A stretch of 64,000 nucleotides of DNA. Source: a virus. Taxonomy: Duplodnaviria; Caudoviricetes. Shown here in pieces: positions 20,604 to 29,361 of this stretch. The stretch's first letter is position 1. The number at the start of each line of letters is the position of its first letter. The stretch lies in IMG/VR virus record IMGVR_UViG_3300028738_000008; one strand, 5' to 3'. A program made the translations under genes and the position numbers. A model generated the notes under the pieces. It did not search any database. It worked only from the letters and a program-made list of their open reading frames with translations, and had not been told where the DNA came from.

Positions 20604-21617
20604 ATGAAAATATTATTTATATTAAAAGAAAGATTTTATAATAATTCGTTAATCAAGTCATATGGACTAATGAATTCATCAACGCATGTTTCGAAGTATT
20701 TAGACTCTATTGGACTTTGCACAAAAGTAGTGAGAGTTGTTGATGGAAATTCAATTGATAAAGAGGTTCATGAATACAAACCAGATGTCGTCATTATTGA
20801 GGCTTTATGGGTAAGCGGCGAAAAACTAAAAGAACTTATTGAGATAAAGAGATATTCCCATATCAGATGGATTGTAAGAGTTCACAGCGATATTGGCTTC
20901 TTGGCTGCTGAGACTTTGGCATTGAAATATATTAATGATTACATTAGCCTCAATAAGCATAATTTGGTCATAGCACCAAACAATAAGGAATTTAATGAGT
21001 ATCTTACGAATGCTATGAATTTTAAATTCAAATATCTTCCCAATATTATTAATGTTAAATCATCAGATCATTCTTTAGTAAAGCATCCGCACTCAATAGA
21101 TATTGGATGTTTTGGTGCATTAAGAATACTGAAAAATCATGTATTTCAAGCTATGTGTGCAATGAGCGCAGCGGATATATTAAATAAGACATTGCGCTTT
21201 CACATTACTGTAGATGCGAACGCCGATAAAGCAAATCTAAATCCAGTATTAAAGAATTTGGAGGAATTATTTAAACGTAGTTCTCATGAATTGATCTGTC
21301 ATCCTTGGATGGAGAATGACGAGTTTCAGGGTCTGGTTAGAAAAATGGACATAGGCTTACAGCTTTCATATACCGAAAGCTTCAACATTGTCGCAGCAGA
21401 TTTTGTTAATAATGATATTCCAATTATCGTATCAGATGCCATTGATTGGATGCCAGATATATTTAAAACATCTACAATTGATTACGAAGAAGCGACTAAT
21501 AAAATAGTTTCAATCTATAAATCCAGAACTTTGGGTCATAAAAAGAATGTTGCTTTTGATAGTTTGGTAAAATATAATCGTAAGGCTCAACAAGAATGGC
21601 TAGATTTCATTATCTAA
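20604..21617 (+). CDS. GT-B (family 4-like) glycosyltransferase
   Basis: DIGCFGALRILKNH, MDIGLQLSYTESFNIVAAD motifs. Confidence 0.8.
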   Translation: MKILFILKERFYNNSLIKSYGLMNSSTHVSKYLDSIGLCTKVVRVVDGNSIDKEVHEYKPDVVIIEALWVSGEKLKELIEIKRYSHIRWIVRVHSDIGFLAAETLALKYINDYISLNKHNLVIAPNNKEFNEYLTNAMNFKFKYLPNIINVKSSDHSLVKHPHSIDIGCFGALRILKNHVFQAMCAMSAADILNKTLRFHITVDANADKANLNPVLKNLEELFKRSSHELICHPWMENDEFQGLVRKMDIGLQLSYTESFNIVAADFVNNDIPIIVSDAIDWMPDIFKTSTIDYEEATNKIVSIYKSRTLGHKKNVAFDSLVKYNRKAQQEWLDFII

Positions 21618-21666
21618 AGTCAAGTGCTTATTATGAAATTAAAAGTATTTATTTTAAAATAATATC

Positions 21667-22437
21667 ATGACAGTAACGAATAGTAAACAGAGACTTTTTG
21701 AAATGATGTCCAGATTGGATGGCAATTTCAATTCAAGTCTAAACGAAAATGACGATAAGCTTGTTGATAGAGAGTTAATAGAAAACAAACGAACCGAAAA
21801 GAAGAAGGTTATCAATGAAAACAAGCTTTTCGAAATGAATAATAAGTTGAATGAGTTGGGTCAAAACGATCCTTGGGATGCTGAGGTTGATGCAGCATCA
21901 CGTAGAGCTGAAATTAAAGCTTATTATGGTGGTAATCATACTCAGGGTGATGACGATGATGATTACGATGTAAAACCTCGTAGAGCTAGATTTTATTCTG
22001 ATGATGAAGATGAAATGGACGAAAATAAGCTGACTGAATATCCTTCCGAGAAACCCACACATGGTCAAGACCCTAATTGGAGTATTGACCCAAAAAATCC
22101 TTCGGGATGTCTACCTAATCTTCCTATGGATGAGGGCGATATGAATGAGGCTATTAACGTTGGTGACGTTTTACAATATTTAGATGACGGCACATTTTGG
22201 AAAATAATTGATATAACCAACGGAATAGCAACAGCTTTTGACGGATTTAAAACAAAAGGAAAAATTGAGGCGAACAAATTAGTTGCCAATAATAATCTAA
22301 AAATATCTAAAGATGTTGACGGTAGGTTATTTAAAAGCTTAGTAGCGAAAGCAAAAGAGCATATTAAGAATAATGGCACAGATGAGGATGATTATATTAA
22401 TAGCGGCTACCCAATGGACGAAAATGAGCTGAACTAA
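21667..22437 (+). CDS. Acidic hypothetical protein, possible head-internal protein
   Basis: SKQRLFEMMSRLD leader; repeated (L/I)NE/DEN motifs. Confidence 0.6.
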   Translation: MTVTNSKQRLFEMMSRLDGNFNSSLNENDDKLVDRELIENKRTEKKKVINENKLFEMNNKLNELGQNDPWDAEVDAASRRAEIKAYYGGNHTQGDDDDDYDVKPRRARFYSDDEDEMDENKLTEYPSEKPTHGQDPNWSIDPKNPSGCLPNLPMDEGDMNEAINVGDVLQYLDDGTFWKIIDITNGIATAFDGFKTKGKIEANKLVANNNLKISKDVDGRLFKSLVAKAKEHIKNNGTDEDDYINSGYPMDENELN

Positions 22438-22485
22438 TAAAATAGTGAATTATTTTAAACTTTTTTGATTTTTTTACTATTTATA

Positions 22486-22516
22486 TTTGCAGGTATCAAA
22501 AATTGTATTACCTTTG
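22486..22516 (+). promoter_or_regulatory. Promoter of tRNA operon 2
   Basis: TTTG-N19-TACCTTTG; near-copy of the operon 1 promoter. Confidence 0.8.
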
Positions 22517-22546
22517 TACCGAAATTAATATTTAAGAATAGAAACA

Positions 22547-22639
22547 ATGAGAAATTTACTTAACATAGAATTATTGGCAGTGGATCAGGTCAACCTCCTA
22601 TTATGGGCGGATGAAGATAGATTATGCCATGCTGGTTAA
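22547..22639 (+). CDS. Leader peptide 2 (MRNLLNIELLAVDQVNLLLWADEDRLCHAG)
   Basis: 19 of 30 residues are L/D/E/V/A/W. Confidence 0.85.
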   Translation: MRNLLNIELLAVDQVNLLLWADEDRLCHAG

Positions 22640-22664
22640 GTAGAGTTTAAGAATATTTTAAACT

Positions 22665-22695
22665 AAACCCCCAGCATACGTGTTGGGGGTTTTTT
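22665..22695 (+). terminator. Attenuator terminator 2
   Basis: aaacccccagca-tacg-tgttgggggttt plus T-tract. Confidence 0.9.
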
Positions 22696-22739
22696 GTTTA
22701 TGTACGTTATTTGACATGTTGGGTTATAAAATTAAAATT

Positions 22740-22811
22740 GGTCTATTGGGGTATGGGTTATCCTTTGTGGTTGTCAGCCATGAGAAGCGAGTTCAAGTCT
22801 CGCATAGACCG
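22740..22811 (+). tRNA. trnD: tRNA-Asp(GTC)
   Basis: Loop ttgtcag; G73. Confidence 0.8.
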
Positions 22812-22870
22812 CACTAAGCATTATGAGAGTACTTGCCACTAGGGTAAGCCAACCTAAATTGCTTTTTCAT

Positions 22871-22944
22871 ACCTTCGTAGGGGAGTGGTCGTCCCTGTCG
22901 CACTGTCTATGCGAAGATCGCCAGTTCAAATCTGGTCGGGGGTG
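22871..22944 (+). tRNA. trnD: tRNA-Asp(GTC)
   Basis: tcgca-ctgtcta-tgcga. Confidence 0.85.
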
Positions 22945-22973
22945 CTGGTTTCATAATAAATGAAACATTTAAT

Positions 22974-23046
22974 GCTCGGTTCATCTAACTGGTTAGGATA
23001 GGTGACCTTCAATCATCCAATACGGATTCAAGTTCCGTACCGAGTA
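22974..23046 (+). tRNA. trnE: tRNA-Glu(TTC)
   Basis: ggtga-ccttcaa-tcatc. Confidence 0.8.
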
Positions 23047-23056
23047 CTTTTTTCAT

Positions 23057-23131
23057 GCTCCTATCGTCTAGTTGGTTCAAGGCGTCTGTTTTACAAGCAG
23101 AATATCGGTGGTTCGAATCCATCTGGGAGCA
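23057..23131 (+). tRNA. trnV: tRNA-Val(TAC)
   Basis: tctgt-tttacaa-gcaga. Confidence 0.85.
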
Positions 23132-23140
23132 CAAATTTAT

Positions 23141-23213
23141 GGCTTAGTAGACCAACGGCAGAGTCATCAGACTTAAACCCTGTACAGTGTGGGTTCGAAT
23201 CCCACCTAAGCTA
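23141..23213 (+). tRNA. trnL: tRNA-Leu(TAA), short variable loop
   Basis: Loop cttaaac; 5-nt variable loop; weak anticodon stem. Confidence 0.75.
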
Positions 23214-23220
23214 CAAATAT

Positions 23221-23294
23221 GGCTCAGTATCCCAATTGGCAGAGGAAGTTGACTCAAAAACAACTAGTTGTCGGTTCGAATCCGACTTGAGCTA
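23221..23294 (+). tRNA. trnL: tRNA-Leu(CAA), short variable loop
   Basis: Loop ctcaaaa. Confidence 0.8.
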
Positions 23295-23305
23295 CAATAT
23301 AATAT

Positions 23306-23378
23306 GGATCGGTAGACCAACGGCAGAGTCACTTGTTTTAGAAGCAAGCCAGTGAGGGTTCGAATCCCTCTCGATCTA
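23306..23378 (+). tRNA. trnL: tRNA-Leu(TAG), short variable loop
   Basis: cttgt-tttagaa-gcaag. Confidence 0.8.
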
Positions 23379-23388
23379 CAATATTTAT

Positions 23389-23475
23389 GGGGAATTGATG
23401 GAATGGTAGACATCCTAGTTTTAGAAACTAGTGCGAAATAATAGTAGCGTGTGAGTTCGAGTCTCACATTCCTCA
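23389..23475 (+). tRNA. trnL: tRNA-Leu(TAG), long variable arm
   Basis: ctagt-tttagaa-actag. Confidence 0.9.
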
Positions 23476-23594
23476 CGCAATATTCAATGGGAACGCATGT
23501 GTTAACATCGTGGCGTCCGTCACGTAGATGGGAAACAGAACAGGGAGCATGCCTAGAATCTCGTTTAGGGTTGGAGATTTACTTTAATAATTAT

Positions 23595-23668
23595 GGGGCA
23601 GTAGCTCAATTGGCTAGAGCACTACACTTGCAATGTAGAGGTTGTGGAATCGTCCTCCATCTGCTCCA
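23595..23668 (+). tRNA. trnA: tRNA-Ala(TGC), atypical T-loop
   Basis: ctaca-cttgcaa-tgtag; G3:U70; T-loop atcgtcc. Confidence 0.85.
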
Positions 23669-23696
23669 CTGATAATCAGGAGATTATCTATTTTAC

Positions 23697-23786
23697 ACGT
23701 CTATGTCCGAGTGGCTTAAGGAACTGGTCTCCAAAACCAGCGTGGGTGACACCATATCCAAGGTTCGAATCCTTGTTGGCGTGCCA
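23697..23786 (+). tRNA. trnW: tRNA-Trp(CCA) with class II (Ser-like) body
   Basis: ctggt-ctccaaa-accag; 18-nt variable region; G73; CCA encoded. Confidence 0.8.
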
Positions 23787-23807
23787 GAGAATAAATGTTG
23801 CGAATCT

Positions 23808-23836
23808 TGTAACATTTATTCTTTTTTTTCGTATAA
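23808..23836 (+). promoter_or_regulatory. TGTAAC-N16-CGTATAA putative promoter (copy 1 of 4)
   Basis: Same boxes and spacing at 29658, 38449, 56088. Confidence 0.65.
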
Positions 23837-23853
23837 TTTGTAAAAATAACAAT

Positions 23854-24042
23854 ATGAGAGTTAAGATTGGCGATAAAATTGTGGATACAGAAGACGAGCC
23901 TATCATGCTTATTTTCGAAGACGATGCTGAAAGAAAAATGGTTGCGAATACAATTGGCGACATGATTTCAGGCTGTAAACGTTATTGCATGTATCCAAAA
24001 GATACCGATATTGATACTATTAATTTTTTCATGATATGTTAA
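23854..24042 (+). CDS. Small hypothetical protein
   Basis: MRVKIGDKIVDTEDEPIMLIF; start revised from 23644. Confidence 0.65.
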   Translation: MRVKIGDKIVDTEDEPIMLIFEDDAERKMVANTIGDMISGCKRYCMYPKDTDIDTINFFMIC

Positions 24043-24716
24043 TTATTTCAAAGAAAAAGGACTATTACGATGGCGTTGTTCAAACAACAGGCATTGATAA
24101 GACAATTGTTTATAATAGAAAGCAAAATGATATCAGAGATTCATTCGATGATTATAAAAAGCTTCCAGCGGACTTAATTAAGTTGGTTGAAAATCTCACA
24201 GCCTTTCATTTGGATACTAAGAAGACTAATTTGGAATTAAAGGGGATTTACATAATCGCTTTTTGCGGACAAATGTATGTCGCATGGGAAATGATTGACA
24301 GAAAACCATTCAATGATTATGATCCGAAATCAATTATAACGTATGATTTAAAAGGCATGCAAGAAATTGTTATCGATAAAACATGGCGTGATGCTGTTGG
24401 CATTGTAGACGCTTATAGAAACCTTGTTAATTACGACCCTATGAAGCTTCACAGATTATATAATAGTCCTGTTTTCGCCATCGATACGGCATTTGTAAGG
24501 TATGGCGCACGTGACTCCAACTTCATACTCAACCCAACGTTGAAAACGTATAAATTCTTCAAGCTTTTTGATTCATTTCAGGCTTTGCAAGAAATTCAAA
24601 TGTTTATTTCTGGTGTGTTGGGAACTGGCGAGAATAAGATGATAGAAGTAGCTGATAAATATAAAATAGAAAGTCATGGATTCGACAAAACATCCTTCCG
24701 AAAAGAAAAAAAGTGA
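24036..24716 (+). CDS. Hypothetical protein
   Basis: 226 aa ORF overlapping the upstream gene. Confidence 0.7.
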   Translation: MLIISKKKDYYDGVVQTTGIDKTIVYNRKQNDIRDSFDDYKKLPADLIKLVENLTAFHLDTKKTNLELKGIYIIAFCGQMYVAWEMIDRKPFNDYDPKSIITYDLKGMQEIVIDKTWRDAVGIVDAYRNLVNYDPMKLHRLYNSPVFAIDTAFVRYGARDSNFILNPTLKTYKFFKLFDSFQALQEIQMFISGVLGTGENKMIEVADKYKIESHGFDKTSFRKEKK

Positions 24717-24785
24717 GCCTGAAAACTGCTGCGGCAAAACTGCCAATGTCATTGAGCAGAGAAAGAAAAGTAAAGTAAAAAAGAA

Positions 24786-25190
24786 ATGAGATTATTAATA
24801 TTACTTTTTTACTTACCAATATTATCCTTTTCGCAGACCACTGTGATCGGTCATGTTTCAGCAACTGTAATTGAGTCTGTGTTTGTCAAGAATGTGTATA
24901 ATTCTGGGTATACGGCAATAGATAAGAGTATCGACTCAACAACCGTTACATCTGCAATCATAACTACAACGCAGTTCAATCCGAATATTTTTACGATTAC
25001 AATTCCAACAACAAGTAAAATTGTTAAGAATACTAATGGCAAGGATTCAATGAGTGTTTTCAATTTTAAAACCGTTGGGTTTAAAATTGACACAATTACA
25101 ATAAATGGGATAGTAGCACCAATGCCAAAGCAATCTTCTGGCAATTATATATCGACTACGCCCATACCAATCATAGTAAATTATAATTGA
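24786..25190 (+). CDS. Secreted beta-sandwich protein (DUF4402-like)
   Basis: Signal peptide, GHVSATVI, C-terminal G.Y....IIVNYN. Confidence 0.6.
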   Translation: MRLLILLFYLPILSFSQTTVIGHVSATVIESVFVKNVYNSGYTAIDKSIDSTTVTSAIITTTQFNPNIFTITIPTTSKIVKNTNGKDSMSVFNFKTVGFKIDTITINGIVAPMPKQSSGNYISTTPIPIIVNYN

Positions 25191-25225
25191 AAAAGGGAAG
25201 CTTTATTAGCCTCCCTTTTTCTTGT

Positions 25226-26299
25226 TTAGTATTTGGTTGAGTATGTGGCATACATTTTGAAGTCATTTTTCGTTAAAGCAGAGTCTCCGCCATCACGACC
25301 AGACATCTTGTCAGCCAATTTTTTTGCCAATTTAGCATTGTATATCAAAACATTTACCATTTGCGGATTAAACTCATATTTATCAATGTTATTTAAATAT
25401 TCGTCGTCAGCTGGGTTATACATTAAGGTAATACTGGCATTTTTTTCTTGTGAGAAGAATGTAAATGCAAATATGTCCCCATTATTAGCACCTCTTAACT
25501 CGACTTTAGCAAATCTAAATGGAACTGGAGCACTTTGACCAGATGATCTATCCATAATCATAAGCTGAACATCAATGTTATTAAGATACTTCTTAAATAA
25601 GCTATCGAGAACATCTTGTCTTATCTTTCTAGTTCGTGAATCGGTTCTATCCGCCTTAAATGCTTTAGCTCCCATTTCGGGCCCGATTTCATCAATAGCC
25701 AAATCCGCTTTAAATGACTTATTATCAGCATTTTTATCATAAACATCGCCATCATTGAACGATTTAATGCCGTCACGTGGACGAACGTCTTGATCTTCAT
25801 CCATATCATTTTCGTCATCAACAGTATATTTTCCAATATCCTCAACTCCAACTCCTTCAATTGAATCGTCAGTAGTTCCGTCATTAAGATCGGCTTCATC
25901 CATTTCGCCTTCATCTGACATTCCATCATCGCCAAAGAAATTTTCTCTACTCTCAACAAAGTCACCCCAAGAGGTCGCTAGAAATTGTTTGTTCTTTGTA
26001 TCGTAAACAATTGTTTTTGTATATGTATCACCCATATTAACATATATGCCAATTGCATCCCTGAAATAATTGTCAACGAATTCATTTTCATCTGTAATAG
26101 ATTCCACACCATATCCTTCAAGATATTTATTAGCCGCATCCATAGCATTTTCAGCGGCTGCGTGTGATAAATGTTGTGTATTAAGTTTCTCAGCATATTT
26201 TTCGATCATATCGCCATTTTCATCGGCTTCATTTGCGTTGAAGTTTTGATCCATTCTACCCATGACTTCAAATAGTCTGTTTTTACTAGTTTTTTTCAT
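25226..26299 (-). CDS. Acidic hypothetical protein, possible head-internal protein
   Basis: MKKTSKNRLFEVMGRMD leader like 21667; bidirectional hairpin near 25191-25220. Confidence 0.65.
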   Translation of the reverse strand: MKKTSKNRLFEVMGRMDQNFNANEADENGDMIEKYAEKLNTQHLSHAAAENAMDAANKYLEGYGVESITDENEFVDNYFRDAIGIYVNMGDTYTKTIVYDTKNKQFLATSWGDFVESRENFFGDDGMSDEGEMDEADLNDGTTDDSIEGVGVEDIGKYTVDDENDMDEDQDVRPRDGIKSFNDGDVYDKNADNKSFKADLAIDEIGPEMGAKAFKADRTDSRTRKIRQDVLDSLFKKYLNNIDVQLMIMDRSSGQSAPVPFRFAKVELRGANNGDIFAFTFFSQEKNASITLMYNPADDEYLNNIDKYEFNPQMVNVLIYNAKLAKKLADKMSGRDGGDSALTKNDFKMYATYSTKY

Positions 26300-26305
26300 A
26301 TTGTT

Positions 26306-26737
26306 TTAATTAAATCCTACTATGCAGGTATTATTTTTAAAATCGAATTGTAAGTCAGCAGCATATAATGTTCCGCCATTTTGTAATGTCGCTCCGCCGA
26401 TAACATACTTCCATTTATATTCGTTAATGTTTTTCTTTGTGCTTGAAATAAGCTCGTCACTATTCTTATCACGTAATTCGAGATCAAAAGTACCTGTCAA
26501 GCCATTTATAACAATTTTCATAAGTCCAATACCCTCTTCGTCAGGATTAAAGCCAACACCCCAGCTAAGTACAATACTACTATCATTAATATCTGACTCA
26601 TACTCGGATGATATGTTATCATAATTAAAAAAATGTGACTGAGCAATTGGTTGTGTGAAGGCGAATTGTCCGTTTGTGAATGAGTAATTCTCATTGATTG
26701 ACTTTATTTCGTCGTCGATTATTTTGTTAATATTCAT
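26306..26737 (-). CDS. Hypothetical protein
   Basis: MNINKIIDDEIKSINE leader; TATTTATT upstream on the minus strand. Confidence 0.65.
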   Translation of the reverse strand: MNINKIIDDEIKSINENYSFTNGQFAFTQPIAQSHFFNYDNISSEYESDINDSSIVLSWGVGFNPDEEGIGLMKIVINGLTGTFDLELRDKNSDELISSTKKNINEYKWKYVIGGATLQNGGTLYAADLQFDFKNNTCIVGFN

Positions 26738-26840
26738 AATGTCAATATTTTTATAATAAATACTTACACAAACTCTTTTCGTTTGTATTTATGTTAAAAC
26801 AATTTAAAGCATATTTTTTTATTAAAAATACCTGATTTAT

Positions 26841-28463
26841 ATGAAAACATTACACGAATCGCCATTTGTATATTTATATGAAAACTCTGGCCATAAGGAA
26901 AAAACTGTTCGTAGCATTAATATAAATGCAAGTAAGGCACAAGCAATATACGTTCCAGTGCCACCACCAACAGTTAACGCCTTATTAATGACTTTTAATG
27001 ATATATCAGGTACTTTTGTTACAGACCCATCATCTGTTGAAGAATGGAACATATTTTTTGATTTACCAGTAAATGGTAATCCGTTTACATCTGTCTCAAT
27101 ATCTTCAAATACCGTTAGTTTATTTGGCGGTAGTGACATAACTCTAAAAAATTACTTATTCGGCGATACTGATTTTGGAAACAATCTGTTGGAGTTCATT
27201 GATGATAGCGGAATCATTATTAATAGTGGTAATGGAGCATTTAGCGATACAGGCGAAATTGGTAATGGATGCCACAATATAACAAAAATATCAATGTCAG
27301 CATGCGTATCATTAGGTGATGAAACATTTGCTGATTGCTATTCATTAACAGATTTATCATTACCATTCGATAGTTATGTTACCTTGGGTTCAAATATTTT
27401 TCGTTCTTGTGGTATGGCATCATTAAGCTTTTCATCATTAACAATGGCTGGAGATAGCTGCTTCAATAGCTTGTCACTTTTAACTGAATTTAGTGCACCA
27501 ATATTAATCGTTGCGGATATGAATTGTTTTTCTGGATGCGTTGCAATATCAGCAATATCATTGCCGTCATTAACAACGGCTGGAGACGGCTGTTTCAGTA
27601 ATTGCGTATCGTTATCAATTCCTGATCTACCAATTGCAACAACTGCTGGAGTTAACTGCTTTTACAATTGTTCGACATTATCATCATTATCATTACCAGA
27701 TTTAGTTACTGCTGGAGAAAGCTGTTTCAGTAATTGCGTATCGTTATCAACTGTCGATCTGCCATTATTAACAACTGCTGGAAATGGTTGCTTTTACGGT
27801 TGTCCATTATCATCATTATCATTACCAGATTTAGTTACTGCTGGAGAAAGCTGCTTTATGGGAATAAGATCATTTACTACCATGAATTTACCATCCTTAT
27901 CATCGATAGGTACTACTTGTTTTCAAGATTGCGCATCTTTGTTAGCAGTTAATTTACCAGCATTAATCACAATGGGCGAAGGCTGTTTTAATGGATGCAC
28001 ATCTTTACTAACAGTAGACATGCCACAGTGTCAAACAGCTGGCGGCGGTTGCTTTAGTTATTGTACGTCGTTAACATCAGTAGACATGGCATCACTGATT
28101 TCAATGGGAAATTCATTTTTTTTAAACTGCATATCTTTAGTGACATTAAATCTTCCTTTATTATCGTCTGCCACGCAATCTTGTTTTGCGACCTGTACAT
28201 CATTGGTAGACATCAGTTTACCATCATTAATATCAACTGGTAATTATTTCTTTAACGGCTGTACGTTATTAACAAACATCAGTTTACCGTCATGCGTTAG
28301 TTTAGGACTTACTTTATATAATGATTCAGTTTTCAATAATATTACAGGCAAAAAAATAACTTTAACAGTGCCAACAGCTTTAATGACTTGTAATAGTGGA
28401 TCGCCTGATGGTGATATAGCTTATTTACAGGCTAATAACATAGTAACACTGATAACAGTTTAA
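26841..28463 (+). CDS. BspA-like LRR_5 protein (paralog of the 5.3-13 kb adhesins)
   Basis: About 13 LPxLxTAGxxCFxxC repeats; same N-cap and GSPDGDIAYLQANN cap. Confidence 0.8.
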   Translation: MKTLHESPFVYLYENSGHKEKTVRSININASKAQAIYVPVPPPTVNALLMTFNDISGTFVTDPSSVEEWNIFFDLPVNGNPFTSVSISSNTVSLFGGSDITLKNYLFGDTDFGNNLLEFIDDSGIIINSGNGAFSDTGEIGNGCHNITKISMSACVSLGDETFADCYSLTDLSLPFDSYVTLGSNIFRSCGMASLSFSSLTMAGDSCFNSLSLLTEFSAPILIVADMNCFSGCVAISAISLPSLTTAGDGCFSNCVSLSIPDLPIATTAGVNCFYNCSTLSSLSLPDLVTAGESCFSNCVSLSTVDLPLLTTAGNGCFYGCPLSSLSLPDLVTAGESCFMGIRSFTTMNLPSLSSIGTTCFQDCASLLAVNLPALITMGEGCFNGCTSLLTVDMPQCQTAGGGCFSYCTSLTSVDMASLISMGNSFFLNCISLVTLNLPLLSSATQSCFATCTSLVDISLPSLISTGNYFFNGCTLLTNISLPSCVSLGLTLYNDSVFNNITGKKITLTVPTALMTCNSGSPDGDIAYLQANNIVTLITV

Positions 28464-28510
28464 ATTAATTTGAAGAATTTAAACTTTTTTATAAAAAATC
28501 ACTATTTATA

Positions 28511-28542
28511 CTTGCAGATGTAATTTATTTGAATTACTTTTG
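28511..28542 (+). promoter_or_regulatory. Promoter of tRNA operon 3
   Basis: CTTG-N20-TACTTTTG; TATTTATA at 28503-28510. Confidence 0.75.
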
Positions 28543-28571
28543 CACCAGTTAAAAACAATTAAAAAATAGAA

Positions 28572-28649
28572 ATGATGAATGCAACACTTAAATACGGAAA
28601 GACTACTAAATCTTATAAAAAATATAAGATGAAGAAGGACTGTGTGTAA
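28572..28649 (+). CDS. Leader peptide 3 (MMNATLKYGKTTKSYKKYKMKKDCV)
   Basis: 8 Lys and 3 Tyr in 25 residues. Confidence 0.85.
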   Translation: MMNATLKYGKTTKSYKKYKMKKDCV

Positions 28650-28671
28650 GTGAACTATATATAATATATTC

Positions 28672-28706
28672 AAAAACCCAGTCTTAATTTAAGTCTGGGT
28701 TTTTTT
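28672..28706 (+). terminator. Attenuator terminator 3
   Basis: aaaaacccag-t-ctta-att-taag-t-ctgggttttt plus T-tract. Confidence 0.85.
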
Positions 28707-28720
28707 ATGTTAAAAAATTC

Positions 28721-28792
28721 GCTCCTATAGCTTAATGGTAAAGCCTTCGACCTTTAATCGAATGACCCCTGAATCAGTATCAGGTGGGAGCA
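28721..28792 (+). tRNA. trnK: tRNA-Lys(TTT), atypical T-loop
   Basis: ttcga-cctttaa-tcgaa; T-loop atcagta. Confidence 0.7.
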
Positions 28793-28808
28793 CAGAGTAT
28801 AGTAAGTC

Positions 28809-28879
28809 GCTTCTATAGCTCAATGGTAGAGCTTGTAACTTTTAATTATAAGACCTCGGTTCGATTCCGAGTAGGAGCA
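28809..28879 (+). tRNA. trnK: tRNA-Lys(TTT)
   Basis: tgtaa-cttttaa-ttata. Confidence 0.9.
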
Positions 28880-28889
28880 CAAAATTATT

Positions 28890-28962
28890 GCCTTCGTAGC
28901 TTAATCGGGAAAGCTGTACACTCTTAATGTAAGGAGCGTGAGTTCGATCCTCACCGAGGGCA
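28890..28962 (+). tRNA. trnK: tRNA-Lys(CTT)
   Basis: Loop ctcttaa. Confidence 0.9.
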
Positions 28963-28969
28963 CAAATAT

Positions 28970-29051
28970 GGGATGGATGGTAAGCAGGCGAAATCAGCGG
29001 ATTGTAAACCCGTCGCTACCAGCTATTTAGGTTCGAATCCTAACCGTCCCA
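28970..29051 (+). tRNA. trnY: tRNA-Tyr(GTA)
   Basis: Loop ttgtaaa; long variable arm. Confidence 0.85.
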
Positions 29052-29110
29052 CGTGAGAGACCGTTATAATTTCAAAGTCCACTTGGTATCGGAAGCGTAG
29101 AAATTAATTT

Positions 29111-29194
29111 GGGGATGTATGCAAATGGTTGAAGCAAGCGGTCTGTAAAACCGTGACGTAAGAGACGATGCTGGTTCGAATCCAGCCAGCCCCA
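29111..29194 (+). tRNA. trnY: tRNA-Tyr(GTA)
   Basis: gcggt-ctgtaaa-accgt; long variable arm. Confidence 0.9.
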
Positions 29195-29256
29195 CTTGGT
29201 AGACTGTTATAATTTCATAGAACCCATTAAGTGTGGTATGCGTGGAAATTAAAAAT

Positions 29257-29337
29257 GGCGGCAGACGGGTAATGGAAATCCTAGGGGCATGCAATCCTGA
29301 GTCACAGACTATGTTGGTTCGAATCCAACCGTCGCCA
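29257..29337 (+). tRNA. tRNA-like gene, anticodon undetermined (8-nt loop gcatgcaa)
   Basis: Good acceptor and T-arm (gttgg-ttcgaat-ccaac), variable hairpin, no U33. Confidence 0.55.
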
Positions 29338-29361
29338 CAATGAATTAAAAATTAATTAGAT

